This document shows, in pieces, positions 48,430 through 58,556 of a stretch of DNA of 64,000 nucleotides. Source of the DNA: an uncultured Desulfarculus sp. (lineage in GTDB: Bacteria > Desulfobacterota > Desulfarculia > Desulfarculales > Desulfarculaceae). The notes beneath the pieces were generated by a model. The model saw only the letters and a program-made list of their open reading frames with translations. It made no database searches and had not been told where the DNA came from. Numbering within the stretch: position 1 is the stretch's first letter; the number at the start of each line of letters is the position of its first letter. The translations under genes and the position numbers were made by a program. The stretch spans positions 1,728,001-1,792,000 of the forward strand of contig CAXXUK010000001.1 of the NCBI GenBank assembly GCA_963665125.2, read 5' to 3'.

Positions 48430-48456
48430 CGCGCCCCGGCCCATAGCCGGGGCGCG
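48430..48456. terminator. GC hairpin after flgE (no clear U-tract)
   Basis: cgcgccccggc/gccggggcgcg 11 bp stem. Confidence 0.5.
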
Positions 48457-48667
48457 TACAGGCCCGCCGACGGTTTCTCTCCGCAATCGCCGCCGGCGGC
48501 CAATTTCCAATCAGCTCCCGGTGTTAGCCGCCGGGGGCGTCATTTTGTTGACCGTGCGGACTCTTTGACGCCCGTCAATGCGGCCAATCATCTGCAACAA
48601 TCCACAAAGTGTTGCCTAACCTAACGATTTTTTGGTAAAAATAAGACGTAACAGTCTCATTAGACGG

Positions 48668-48683
48668 TGGCATTTTTTTTGCA
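48668..48683 (+). promoter_or_regulatory. Sigma54 -24/-12 promoter of the motA operon
   Basis: TGGCATTTTTTTTGCA, exact GG-N10-GC spacing, 36 nt before motA. Confidence 0.75.
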
Positions 48684-48719
48684 TACCATTGCCAGAGGCT
48701 TACTGCTGGGAGTTATTCC

Positions 48720-49484
48720 ATGGATCTGGCCACCATAATAGGCATAGTCAGCGCCTTTGCCCTCGTCTTCACCGCCATGACTTTGGGCGGCAGTATCGTC
48801 ATGTTTGTCGACCCTGCCAGCATCCTTATCGTCATCGGCGGCACCATCGGCGTCACCCTCATCAACTACCCCATGCGCGATGTGCTCAAACTCATCAGCA
48901 TCATCAAGCATACGTTCGTCTACAAAATCAGCCCCGTGGGCAAGGTCATCGCTCAATTCGTCGAATTCGCCACCAAAGCCCGCCGCGAGGGCATCCTGGC
49001 TTTGGAATCGGCCATGAAGGATATCGACGATCCGTTCCTGGCCAAAGGCCTGCAACTGACCATCGACGGTCTGGAACCGGGCTCCATCAAGGAAATCATG
49101 GAGACCGAAATCGACTACATCAGCGAACGGCACAGGCTCGGCGCGGAAATCTTCTTGACAATGGGCACCTTCGCCCCGGCCATGGGCATGATCGGCACCT
49201 TGATCGGCCTGGTGCAGATGCTGCAAAACATGAGCGACCCGTCGTCCATCGGCCCGGCCATGGCCGTGGCCATTCTCACTACATTCTATGGCGCGGTCAT
49301 GGCCAACATGATTTTTTTGCCCATGAGCGGCAAACTGAAAAACCGTTCATCCGAGGAAGTGATGATCAAGGAGATCACCCTAAACGGCATCCTGTCCATT
49401 GCCAGGGGCGACAACCCCAGGGTGATCGAACAAAAGCTGCACAGCTTCATACCGCCGGCCATGCGCCAGTCGGTGTTCAAGTAG
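48720..49484 (+). CDS. motA: Flagellar stator A subunit (MotA/PomA type)
   Basis: MDLATIIG, ARREGILALE, APAMGMIGTLIGLVQML, IGPAMAVAILTTFYG, GDNPR. Confidence 0.95.
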   Translation: MDLATIIGIVSAFALVFTAMTLGGSIVMFVDPASILIVIGGTIGVTLINYPMRDVLKLISIIKHTFVYKISPVGKVIAQFVEFATKARREGILALESAMKDIDDPFLAKGLQLTIDGLEPGSIKEIMETEIDYISERHRLGAEIFLTMGTFAPAMGMIGTLIGLVQMLQNMSDPSSIGPAMAVAILTTFYGAVMANMIFLPMSGKLKNRSSEEVMIKEITLNGILSIARGDNPRVIEQKLHSFIPPAMRQSVFK

Positions 49485-49502
49485 GCAGCGGGGTAAAACG
49501 CC

Positions 49503-50297
49503 ATGTCAGGCAGAAAAAAAAGGGAAGAGTCGGCGCCGCCGGGAATCGTGGTGCTCTACACGTCCCTGATGATCCTGATGTTGGCGTTTTTCATTATGCT
49601 CAATTCGCTGGGAGAAACAGAGGAGTCAAAGGTGCAGGAGGCCTACAAGTCGCTGATGCAGACCTTCGGCTTTCAGGAAGGCGGAATAACCCCCTTCCGC
49701 ACCGAGGCCATGGGCGGTTCGCCGGCGGCGTTCCAGCCCATGAACCCCGTGGATGAGGACTACCAAGTCATGCGCGGACTGATTTTCGAAAACCGTTTGG
49801 ACAACAATGTCCGCATGCTGCGCTCCAAGGGCATGCGCACGGTGGTTATCAGCGGCGACATGCTTTTCAAGCAGGGCTCCACCGAAATAAACCCGAACAT
49901 GACTCCGTTTTTGGACGAACTGGCCGCGGTAATCAAAGGTCGCACATATCCAATCAGTATCTACGGCCACACCGACGATGAACCATGGCATGGCCCCAAT
50001 GGTCAGGACAATTGGACCCTCAGCGCCGCCCGGGCCGTCAACGTGCTTTCATACCTGGTCAAACAGGGAATCAGCCCCAAACGTTTGGCCGCGTTCGGCA
50101 TGGCCGGCTACGATCCCATCGAACCAAACACCACAAAGCAAGGCCGCCGCCTGAACAACCGGGTTTCGCTGGTGTTCAACGCCAAAGACGCCAGCCAGCA
50201 CATGCTCACCGGGAGTGAGCCGGAACGCAAACTGGATTTCCGAGGCTTTGAGTTCGACCTGATGAAACAGCCTAGCGAACAGCCGGAACAGGAGTAG
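49503..50297 (+). CDS. motB: MotB/PomB paralogue lacking the conserved transmembrane Asp
   Basis: TM IVVLYTSLMILMLAFFIML; OmpA-like domain GHTD, NWTLSAARA, NNRV. Confidence 0.85.
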   Translation: MSGRKKREESAPPGIVVLYTSLMILMLAFFIMLNSLGETEESKVQEAYKSLMQTFGFQEGGITPFRTEAMGGSPAAFQPMNPVDEDYQVMRGLIFENRLDNNVRMLRSKGMRTVVISGDMLFKQGSTEINPNMTPFLDELAAVIKGRTYPISIYGHTDDEPWHGPNGQDNWTLSAARAVNVLSYLVKQGISPKRLAAFGMAGYDPIEPNTTKQGRRLNNRVSLVFNAKDASQHMLTGSEPERKLDFRGFEFDLMKQPSEQPEQE

Positions 50298-50299
50298 CA

Positions 50300-51034
50300 G
50301 TGAGCCGCAAGCATCAAGGCGAATCCGGTTTTGACCCCCAGGGCTGGATGTTTACCTTCAGCGACCTGGTCACGCTGCTGCTTACGTTTTTTGTAATGCT
50401 GCTGGCCATGCAAAAGCCGGCTGTCGTCAAGTTCCGGGAGGCCTTCGGCATGTTCAGCGGCGGCGGCGGCAGCGGCGTGATGACCATCTCGGACCAGCAG
50501 GGCGTCCAGGAGTTCCGCCGGATCATGCAGCAACTCAGCGACGCTTCGGACATCCAACAATCCCAGGCCGAATTGGCCAGGCTGATGGAGTTGCCCGAGG
50601 CCAACGAGTTGGGCATATCAGGCGCGTTGCAGCCCGGCCTACAGGTCCGCAGGGAAAAAAGGGGCACGGTGATCACCCTTGCCAATGACCTGCTTTTCCT
50701 CCCGGGTCAGGCGGGCCTGACGCCCAAGGCAGTGGAATCCATCAACCAGGTGGCCCAGGTATTGAAGCACAGCAGCGTGCCCATCGCCGTCGAGGGCCAT
50801 ACCGATGCCAGCAAACCGGGCCAGGGTTCGTCGTTCGAGGACAACTGGTCATTGTCCCTGGCCCGCGCCCACAATGTATTACTCGCGCTGGTCGACCCCG
50901 GCGGCATCGACCCGGCCCGCCTGCGCCTGGGTGCGCTGGCCGACACAAGGCCCCTGGTGCCCAACGACACCGCTGAACACAGAGCCATGAACCGCCGCAC
51001 GGAAATCGTGCTTTTGGCGCCAAATCAGAATTAA
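50300..51034 (+). CDS. motB: Flagellar stator B subunit (canonical MotB/PomB)
   Basis: TM WMFTFSDLVTLLLTFFVMLL; VEGHTD, NWSLSLARA, NRRTEI. Confidence 0.92.
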   Translation: MSRKHQGESGFDPQGWMFTFSDLVTLLLTFFVMLLAMQKPAVVKFREAFGMFSGGGGSGVMTISDQQGVQEFRRIMQQLSDASDIQQSQAELARLMELPEANELGISGALQPGLQVRREKRGTVITLANDLLFLPGQAGLTPKAVESINQVAQVLKHSSVPIAVEGHTDASKPGQGSSFEDNWSLSLARAHNVLLALVDPGGIDPARLRLGALADTRPLVPNDTAEHRAMNRRTEIVLLAPNQN

Positions 51035-51046
51035 AAGGAGTCCGCC

Positions 51047-51601
51047 ATGGCTGAAGAAGATCTGGATATGGAGACCGGCGAGGAGGCCGGCGGAGAGCAA
51101 TCCGAAGAAAAAAAAGGCGGCGGCAAGCTGATTATCATCATCATCGTGTTGGTGGTGGTGCTGTTTGGCGGCGGTTTTGCCGGTTGGTGGTTTTTCCTGT
51201 CCGGGCCCGATGAAGCGCCTGCGGACAAGCAGGAGCAAACCAAGACTGAAGACGCCGAGGAAAAAGACAAGGATGCTGCCGCGGGGGAACAAAAACCGGG
51301 CACCATCGTGGACATGAAGCCTTTCGTGGTCAACTTGGCCGATCCCGGCGGAAAGCGCTACCTCAAGCTGACCATGGCCGTGGACGCCGGAGATGAAAAG
51401 CTGCGCCAGGAAATAGAATCGCGAATGCCCCAGATCCGCGACTCCATCCTGCTGCTGTTGACCAGTAAAAAATATGAGGACGTAGCCGCCGCGGCGGGCA
51501 AGATCAGGCTGAAAAACGAACTATTAAAGGTAATTAACCGATATTTGAAGGGCGCGGGCGCTGTCCACGCCATATACTTTACCGAGTTCGTGATCCAATA
51601 G
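51047..51601 (+). CDS. fliL: Flagellar basal body-associated protein
   Basis: Single TM; PFVVNLAD..RYLK, PQIRDSIL, IYFTEFVIQ. Confidence 0.93.
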   Translation: MAEEDLDMETGEEAGGEQSEEKKGGGKLIIIIIVLVVVLFGGGFAGWWFFLSGPDEAPADKQEQTKTEDAEEKDKDAAAGEQKPGTIVDMKPFVVNLADPGGKRYLKLTMAVDAGDEKLRQEIESRMPQIRDSILLLLTSKKYEDVAAAAGKIRLKNELLKVINRYLKGAGAVHAIYFTEFVIQ

Positions 51602-51610
51602 GATGGCATC

Positions 51611-52594
51611 ATGAGCAAGATTCTGACTCAGGACGAAGTCGACGCCTTATTAAAAGGCATGAGCGGCGGTGAAATCGAGGTAGAGACCGACGCGGGCCCA
51701 GAGGCCGACGGCGTCATAGTCTACGACCTGACCAACCAGGACCGGATCATCCGGGGGCGCATGCCCACACTGGAGATCATCAACGACCGCTTTGCGCGGC
51801 TGTTCCGCACCACCTTGTCCAGCGCCATACGCAAGATCGTGGACATGACCACCACCAGCGTGGACATGGTCAAGTTCGGTGAGTTCATGCGTTCGCTGCC
51901 GGTGCCCACCAGCCTGCACATTTTCAAGATGGACCCCCTGCGGGGCCACGCCATATTCGTTTTGGAATCAAAGCTGGTCTTCAACCTGGTGGAGACCTTC
52001 TTTGGCGGCACCGGCGGCGGCAACGTCAAGATCGAGGGCCGCGACTTCACGGCCATTGAGCAGCAGCTCACTCGCAAGGTGGTGATGCTGGCCCTCAAGG
52101 ACATGGAAAACGCCTGGAAGCCGGTCCATGAAGTGACCATGGTTTACAGCCGTACGGAGATCAACCCCCAGTTCGCGTCCATCGTGCCGCCCACCGACGT
52201 GGTTATCGTGGTCAAGTTCGAACTGGAGATGGAGCACACCGCGGGCACGGTCACGGTTTGCATCCCCTACTCCACCATTGAGCCCATCCGGACCAAGCTT
52301 TACGCAGGTTTCCAAAGCGATCAACTCGAGGTGGACCACGAGTGGATGCGCCGCTTCCGGCAACAGCTCCGGGCGGCCATGGTCGACTTCACGGTGGAGC
52401 TGGGCCGCACGGAGATCACCAGCGGCCAGCTGCTCAACCTGAAAGAAGGCGACGTATTACAGTTGGACACCGACGCCAACGGCAAACTGGTTGGAATGGT
52501 TGAGGGCGTGCCCAAATTCCAGGGCCGGCCCGGTCAAGTGAGAGGCAATAAGGCCTTCCGCGTGGAAGGTTTCGTGGAAAGCTCGGTCGACTAA
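51611..52594 (+). CDS. fliM: Flagellar motor switch protein
   Basis: [39 protein letters not shown]. Confidence 0.96.
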   Translation: MSKILTQDEVDALLKGMSGGEIEVETDAGPEADGVIVYDLTNQDRIIRGRMPTLEIINDRFARLFRTTLSSAIRKIVDMTTTSVDMVKFGEFMRSLPVPTSLHIFKMDPLRGHAIFVLESKLVFNLVETFFGGTGGGNVKIEGRDFTAIEQQLTRKVVMLALKDMENAWKPVHEVTMVYSRTEINPQFASIVPPTDVVIVVKFELEMEHTAGTVTVCIPYSTIEPIRTKLYAGFQSDQLEVDHEWMRRFRQQLRAAMVDFTVELGRTEITSGQLLNLKEGDVLQLDTDANGKLVGMVEGVPKFQGRPGQVRGNKAFRVEGFVESSVD

Positions 52595-52622
52595 CGCTTC
52601 CCGAGCGGAGAGGATTTGGGAA

Positions 52623-52997
52623 ATGGCTGATGATTGGGACGCCGCGGCAGGCGGAGAAGCCGCATCCTTGGAGGACTTTGACGCGCCTGCGGGAGATATC
52701 GCCCCGGCCGATGGCGGAGGGGCCTTGCAGCAGCCCACGCAGAACATCGACTTCATCCTGGACATCCCCCTGGAAGTCACGGTGGAGCTGGGCCGCACGT
52801 CCATGCTGATCAACGACCTGTTGCAGCTGGGCCAGGGTTCGGTGATCGAACTCAACAAGCTGGCCGGTGAGCCTTTGGAAATCCTGGTCAACCGCAAGCT
52901 CATCGCCCGCGGCGAGGTCGTGGTGGTCAATGAAAAATTCGGCGTGCGCCTGACCGACATCGTCTCGCCCATCGAGCGGGTCAAGTCCCTGGGCTGA
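52623..52997 (+). CDS. fliN: Flagellar motor switch protein
   Basis: [32 protein letters not shown]. Confidence 0.96.
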   Translation: MADDWDAAAGGEAASLEDFDAPAGDIAPADGGGALQQPTQNIDFILDIPLEVTVELGRTSMLINDLLQLGQGSVIELNKLAGEPLEILVNRKLIARGEVVVVNEKFGVRLTDIVSPIERVKSLG

Positions 52998-53440
52998 TGA
53001 TGAAGCGATTGCCGGTCATATTGGCTAGCGCCCTGACCTGGGCCGCGCCCATTGCCGCCCTGGCCCAGGAAAAGGCCCCGGCCCCTCCCCCGTCGTCGGA
53101 TCTGGGCTGGGCCCTGGTCAAGACGGCGGCTGGCCTGGCCCTTGTGCTGGCGCTGTTGTTCGGCCTGGTCTGGCTGCTGCGCCGGTTAAGCCCGGCTGCG
53201 GCGGGCACGGGCAACGAGCAATTTCGCATGGTTGGCCGTCTATCCCTGGGGCCTCGCAAATGGCTGGGCCTGGTGGAATTGGGCGGCCGCATACTGGTCA
53301 TCGGGGTCAGTGAATCGGGCATCCGGCACATCGAAACCATCGAGGACCCGGAATTGCTCCAACAGCTTTCAGTCCCCAGGCAGGGTTTTTCCAAGATCCT
53401 GCAAAAGGCCAGGGGCACGGCAACGGATGGCGGCCAATGA
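52997..53440 (+). CDS. fliO: Flagellar biosynthesis protein
   Basis: LALVLALLFGLVWLLRR, LSLGPRK..LVE..ILVIGV; between fliN and fliP. Confidence 0.85.
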   Translation: MMKRLPVILASALTWAAPIAALAQEKAPAPPPSSDLGWALVKTAAGLALVLALLFGLVWLLRRLSPAAAGTGNEQFRMVGRLSLGPRKWLGLVELGGRILVIGVSESGIRHIETIEDPELLQQLSVPRQGFSKILQKARGTATDGGQ

Positions 53441-54195
53441 AAACAGCAGCGTGGATCATCGTTCTTGGAGCACTCCTGCTGGCCGCGGCCGCCCCGGCCG
53501 TTGCCCAGGAAAACCCCATCAATCTGCCTTCGATAACCATCGGCACCGGGGATGCGTCTTCTCCGGAACAGATATCGACAGCCATGCAGATTGTCATCAT
53601 GCTCACGGTGTTGAGCCTGGCCCCGGCCATATTGATCATGACGACCTGCTTCGTGCGCATAGCGGTGACGTTTTCGCTGCTGCGCAACGCCTTGGGCACG
53701 CCCCAGGTGCCCCCGGCCCAGATAGTGGTGGGCCTGGCCCTGTTCCTGACATTCTTTATCATGGCGCCGGTGTTCGGCGAGGTCCACGACAATGCGTTCA
53801 AGCCCTATATGGACAACAAGATATCCCAGGAGCAGTTTTTCGAGCGGGCCGCGGCGCCCATGCGGGAGTTCATGCTCAAGCAGACCCGTAAAAAAGACCT
53901 GGGCCTGTTCATGAAGATATCCGGCGAGGAGCGCCCCCGAAACCGCGACGACATCACCCTGACGGCCCTGGTCCCGGCGTTTGTGATCAGCGAATTGCGC
54001 ACGGCCTTTGAGATCGGCTTTTTACTTTACGTGCCGTTTTTGGTCATCGACATGGTCGTGGCCTCGGTGCTTTTGTCCATGGGCATGATGATGCTGCCGC
54101 CGGTGATGATATCGCTACCGTTCAAGCTGATGTTGTTCGTGCTGGTTGACGGCTGGTATCTGGTGGTGGGCTCTCTGGTCCGCAGCTTTGCGTGA
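53437..54195 (+). CDS. fliP: Flagellar export gate protein
   Basis: LTVLSLAP, LRNALGT.QVPP, PAFVISEL, MGMMMLPPVMISLPFKL. Confidence 0.97.
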   Translation: MKTAAWIIVLGALLLAAAAPAVAQENPINLPSITIGTGDASSPEQISTAMQIVIMLTVLSLAPAILIMTTCFVRIAVTFSLLRNALGTPQVPPAQIVVGLALFLTFFIMAPVFGEVHDNAFKPYMDNKISQEQFFERAAAPMREFMLKQTRKKDLGLFMKISGEERPRNRDDITLTALVPAFVISELRTAFEIGFLLYVPFLVIDMVVASVLLSMGMMMLPPVMISLPFKLMLFVLVDGWYLVVGSLVRSFA

Positions 54196-54203
54196 GGAAA
54201 AAA

Positions 54204-54473
54204 ATGACCATTGATTTTATCGTGGGATTCGCAAGACAGGGCATGGAGATCACCCTGCTCATGGCCGGTCCGGTGCTGGGCGTGGGCATGGTGGTGGGCC
54301 TGATGGTCAGCATCTTTCAGTCGGTGACCCAGATTCAGGAAATGACCCTGACCTTCGTGCCCAAAATTCTGGCCGTCATGCTGACCCTGCTGTTGGTGGG
54401 CCCCTGGATGCTCAACAAGATGCTGGCTTTCACGGAGTCGGTGATCACCAACATACCGAATTATATCAAGTAG
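54204..54473 (+). CDS. fliQ: Flagellar export gate protein
   Basis: VGLMVSIFQSVTQIQEMTLTFVPK. Confidence 0.95.
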   Translation: MTIDFIVGFARQGMEITLLMAGPVLGVGMVVGLMVSIFQSVTQIQEMTLTFVPKILAVMLTLLLVGPWMLNKMLAFTESVITNIPNYIK

Positions 54474-54485
54474 GCGTATCGGCGT

Positions 54486-55262
54486 ATGATCTTCAGTGAC
54501 GCAACATACCAGCAGTGGATGCATTTTTTGCTGATACTCATGCGTTGTTCTTCGCTGATCGCCTTTTTACCGTTTTTCGGTTCGCCCAATATCCCGGCAA
54601 CGGTGAAGGTCGGCCTGTCCCTGGGACTGGCCGTGTTTTTGTTTCCCCTGGTGAAAATCGACCCGGCCATCTTCCCCACCGGTCTGGATCAGTTTCTGCT
54701 GTTGGCCGTGGGAGAGGTCCTGATCGGGGGCATCATGGCCCTGACGGTGCGCCTGATGCTCACCGCCGTGCAGATCATGGGTCAGTTCGCCGGATTCCAG
54801 ATGGGCTTTGCCGTGGCCAACGTCATCGATCCAATGGGCGGCGGCCAGGTTTCGGTAGTCGGCCAGTTTTGCTATATAGTCGCCCTGCTCACCTTTTTTA
54901 CCGTGGGCGGGCACCACTGGTTTTTCCTGGCCATGGCCGACAGTTTCAAGATCGTGCCGCCGGGCGACTTCAATTTCAGTCAGATTCTGTTCGACCAGAT
55001 CATGAGCATCGCCGGCGACATGTTCATGGTGGCCGTCAAGATCGGAGCGCCGGTGATGGGCGCTCTCCTGGCCACCTCGGTGACCATGGGCATCCTGGCC
55101 AAGACCGTGCCCCAGATGAACATCCTCATCGTGGGCATGCCGCTCAAGATAGCGGTCGGCTTGTTTTTTCTCTCCCTTACGCTGGGCTTTCTGGTCAGCA
55201 CCATGGGGGACCAGTTCCTGGGCCTGGGCACCGTCCTGGGCGGTTTATTAAAGGCTATGTAG
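54486..55262 (+). CDS. fliR: Flagellar export gate protein
   Basis: EVLIG, GQFAGFQMGF..ANVIDP, KTVPQMNILIVGMPLKI. Confidence 0.95.
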   Translation: MIFSDATYQQWMHFLLILMRCSSLIAFLPFFGSPNIPATVKVGLSLGLAVFLFPLVKIDPAIFPTGLDQFLLLAVGEVLIGGIMALTVRLMLTAVQIMGQFAGFQMGFAVANVIDPMGGGQVSVVGQFCYIVALLTFFTVGGHHWFFLAMADSFKIVPPGDFNFSQILFDQIMSIAGDMFMVAVKIGAPVMGALLATSVTMGILAKTVPQMNILIVGMPLKIAVGLFFLSLTLGFLVSTMGDQFLGLGTVLGGLLKAM

Positions 55263-55266
55263 GACA

Positions 55267-56361
55267 ATGGCGGATAAGGGCGCACAAGAAAAAACTGAAA
55301 AACCCACTCCAAAGCGAAGGTCCCAGGCCAGGGAAAAAGGCCAGGTCGCCAAGAGCACGGAGTTGGGCAGTTTCGGCGTGCTAACCGCGGGCCTATTGTG
55401 CATGTGGATGATGGGCGGTGCCATCTACGACCAGATTACCGGCATGCTCAGCCACAGCCTGGGTCATGTGGCGGAGACGCGTCTCAATATCGCCGACGTC
55501 CAAAACCTCTCCGTCAACGTGATGGGCCAATTCTTCAAGATCGTGTTCCCCTTTTTGTTGGCCACGGCGGTGCTGGCCATTTTACTCAATATCGTGCAGA
55601 CCGGTTTCATGATCGCCCCGTCCAGGCTCAAGCCTGATCTGAAGAAAATGAATCCTATCCAGGGGCTTAAAAAATTCGTCTCGATGCGCATGTTGGTGGA
55701 TGTATTTAAAAACACGGGCAAAATTGTATTTGTCGGCATGGTTGCGTACCTTGTGCTCGCCGATGAAATCAAAAACCTCCCCAACCTGGGCAAGCTTGGC
55801 TCCGTGGCGGCCAGCCTGTTGTATATCCTCGACGTGTGCCTGCGCATATTCATGTGGTGTATTTTGGCCATGTTGATCCTGGCCATCGCCGACTACGCCT
55901 ACCAAAAGTATGATTTCGAAAAAAACCTGAAGATGTCCAAACAGGAAATAAAGGACGAATTCAAGCAGACCGAAGGCGACCCCCAGGTCAAGGGCCGCAT
56001 CAGGCAGATGCAGCGGGAGGCCGCCCACAAGCGCATGATGACAAAGGTGCCCGAGGCCGACGTGGTCATCACCAACCCCACGCATCTGGCCGTGGCCCTG
56101 GTCTACAAGGCCGGTGATATGGACGCGCCCCAGGTCTTGGCCAAGGGCCAGAACAAGATCGCCGAAAAGATCAAGCAGATCGCCAGGGAGAACGACGTTC
56201 CCATCGTGGAGGACAAACCCTTGGCCCAGGCCCTGTACAAGGCGGTGGAGGTGGGGCAGTACATACCGTATGAGATGTTCGAGGCGGTGGCGACCCTGCT
56301 GGCCCACGTATACCGCCAGAAAAACGTGCACGAAAGCGTCCTGGACGCCATTAAAAAGTAG
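55267..56361 (+). CDS. flhB: Flagellar export switch protein
   Basis: EKTEKPTPKR, KMSKQEIKDE.KQTEGDP, autocleavage NPTH. Confidence 0.96.
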   Translation: MADKGAQEKTEKPTPKRRSQAREKGQVAKSTELGSFGVLTAGLLCMWMMGGAIYDQITGMLSHSLGHVAETRLNIADVQNLSVNVMGQFFKIVFPFLLATAVLAILLNIVQTGFMIAPSRLKPDLKKMNPIQGLKKFVSMRMLVDVFKNTGKIVFVGMVAYLVLADEIKNLPNLGKLGSVAASLLYILDVCLRIFMWCILAMLILAIADYAYQKYDFEKNLKMSKQEIKDEFKQTEGDPQVKGRIRQMQREAAHKRMMTKVPEADVVITNPTHLAVALVYKAGDMDAPQVLAKGQNKIAEKIKQIARENDVPIVEDKPLAQALYKAVEVGQYIPYEMFEAVATLLAHVYRQKNVHESVLDAIKK

Positions 56362-56386
56362 GGTTTTCCCGAGGAGTCGATAAGGC

Positions 56387-58519
56387 ATGGCCGACACGGC
56401 CGACACAAAAAGGCGCAAATTTCCGGGCCTTCCGGCAATAGACGCCAACAACATATCCGAGGTGGGCCTGGCCATCGGCGTGGTGGGCATCCTGGTGGTG
56501 ATGATCCTGCCCTTGCCCACGTTCATTTTGGATATATTGCTGAGCTTCAACATCACCTTCGCCATCGTCATCCTGCTCACGGCCATGTACACCATCAGGC
56601 CCCTGGACTTCTCGGCGTTTCCCTCGGTGCTGCTGATCACGACCCTGTACCGGCTGTCGCTGAACGTCGCATCAACCCGTTTGATCCTGCTCAAGGGCGA
56701 CGAGGGATTCGACGCCGCGGGTAAAGTTATCGAGGCCTTCGGCCAGTTCGTGGTGGGAGGCAACTACATCGTCGGCTTCGTGGTGTTTTTGATCCTGGTT
56801 ATCATCAACTTCATGGTCATCACCAAGGGTTCGGAGCGTATCGCCGAAGTCGGCGCCCGCTTCACCCTGGACGCCATGCCCGGCAAGCAGATGGCCATCG
56901 ACGCCGACCTCAACGCCGGACTCATCGACGAAAACGAGGCCCGCGAGCGCCGGGCCGAGATCCGCCAGGAAGCGGACTTTTACGGCTCCATGGACGGCGC
57001 GGCCAAGTTCGTCAAGGGCGACGCCATCGCCGGCATCATCATCACAATCATCAACATCCTGGGCGGCCTGCTCATCGGCACCCTCCAGCAGGACATGCCC
57101 TTTGCCGAAGCGGCGACCACCTACACAGTGTTGACCATCGGTGACGGTCTGGTCAGCCAGATTCCGGCCCTGATCATCTCCACCAGCGCCGGTATCATCG
57201 TCAGCCGGGCCGCCGGCGACGTGTCCCTGGGCCAGGAATTCATGCGCCAGTTCAGCATGCAGCCCAAGGCCCTGGCCATTGCCGGCGGCATCATCTTCGC
57301 CTTCGGCATGGTGCCCGGTTTGCCCCACATCTCCTTCATGATCCTGGGCACCGGCGTCTGCGGCCTGGCCTATTTCATCATCCGGGCCAACAAGCAAATT
57401 TTGCAGCAGGAAGCGGAAGCCGTAGCCAAGGCCGAGACCATGCAACTGCAAGCGCCGCCGCCGCCAGGACCGGAACAGGTCGAGGCCCTGCTGCCTCTGG
57501 ACCTGATGGAACTGGAGGTGGGCTACGGCCTGATTCCCCTGGTGGACGAGGAGCAAAACGGCGACCTGCTGGACCGCATCCGCAGCATCCGTCAGCAATT
57601 GGCCCTGGAAATGGGTATCGTCGTGCCGCCGCTGCACGTGCGCGACAATCTCCAGCTCCGGCCCGGCGGGTACTCCATCCTGATCAAGGGCAACGAGGTG
57701 GCCAACGCGGAGCTGATGATCGAGTACCTGTTGGCCATGGACCCCGGCGACGCCAAGAAACAAATCGAGGGCATACCCACCAGGGAGCCGGCCTTCAACC
57801 TGCCCGCCACTTGGATACCCGAATCGCGCCGCGAGGAAGCCCAGTTCGCCGGATACCAGGTGGTGGACATGTCCACCATCATCGCCACCCACCTGACGGA
57901 AGTCATCCGCTCCCACAGCGACGAACTGCTGGGGCGCCAGGAGGTGGCGAGATTGTTGCAAAACCTGGGCAAGACCAATCCGGCGTCCGTGGACGAGCTC
58001 AAGGGCTTGTTGAGCCTGGGCAATCTGCAAAAGGTCTTGCAAAACCTGCTTCGGGAGCGGGTCAGCATCCGCGACCTTTTGACAATCGCCGAGACTCTGG
58101 GCGACTATGCGTCAATGACCAAGGACAACGAGGTGCTCACCGAGTACTGCCGCCAAAGACTGGCCCGGGGTATCCTCAAGAGCATCACCGGACCAGGCGT
58201 GGAAGACCTGTACGTCCTGACCCTGGACCCCACGGTGGAGGACACGATAACCGCCTCGATCCAGCAGACCGACCACGGGGCCTATCTGTCCCTGGCTCCG
58301 GACAACGTCCAGAAGATCATCAACGCCCTGCAGGCGGAGTTGGACAAGTTCGGAGCTTTGACCCAGCCGCCGGTGGTGTTATGCTCTCCGGTCGTGAGGC
58401 GGCACTTCCGGCGCATTGTCGAACGGTTCGTGCCGACACTGGCGGTGATAAGCCATAGTGAACTGGTCACCGACCTCACCGTGCATACGGTGGGCAACGT
58501 GGCCGTGAAAAAGAAATAA
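56387..58519 (+). CDS. flhA: Flagellar export protein
   Basis: FPSVLL, RFTLDAMPGKQMAIDADLNAG, FYGSMDGAAKFVKGDAIAG, IGDGLVSQIPAL. Confidence 0.97.
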   Translation: MADTADTKRRKFPGLPAIDANNISEVGLAIGVVGILVVMILPLPTFILDILLSFNITFAIVILLTAMYTIRPLDFSAFPSVLLITTLYRLSLNVASTRLILLKGDEGFDAAGKVIEAFGQFVVGGNYIVGFVVFLILVIINFMVITKGSERIAEVGARFTLDAMPGKQMAIDADLNAGLIDENEARERRAEIRQEADFYGSMDGAAKFVKGDAIAGIIITIINILGGLLIGTLQQDMPFAEAATTYTVLTIGDGLVSQIPALIISTSAGIIVSRAAGDVSLGQEFMRQFSMQPKALAIAGGIIFAFGMVPGLPHISFMILGTGVCGLAYFIIRANKQILQQEAEAVAKAETMQLQAPPPPGPEQVEALLPLDLMELEVGYGLIPLVDEEQNGDLLDRIRSIRQQLALEMGIVVPPLHVRDNLQLRPGGYSILIKGNEVANAELMIEYLLAMDPGDAKKQIEGIPTREPAFNLPATWIPESRREEAQFAGYQVVDMSTIIATHLTEVIRSHSDELLGRQEVARLLQNLGKTNPASVDELKGLLSLGNLQKVLQNLLRERVSIRDLLTIAETLGDYASMTKDNEVLTEYCRQRLARGILKSITGPGVEDLYVLTLDPTVEDTITASIQQTDHGAYLSLAPDNVQKIINALQAELDKFGALTQPPVVLCSPVVRRHFRRIVERFVPTLAVISHSELVTDLTVHTVGNVAVKKK

Positions 58520-58556
58520 TCGGTAGACCCATACAAGCAGGGCGGAGAAGCGGTTT

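Noticed and set aside
48460..48545. c-di-GMP riboswitch ahead of the motA operon
   Set aside because: GC-rich stems are present, but I could not find the GEMM core motifs, and the region lies upstream of the sigma54 promoter.
56672..58042. Long antisense ORFs (e.g. 456 aa opposite flhA; others opposite mnmG, RACo, flgE and the last gene)
   Set aside because: Expected shadows of GC3-rich coding strands; no recognisable motifs.
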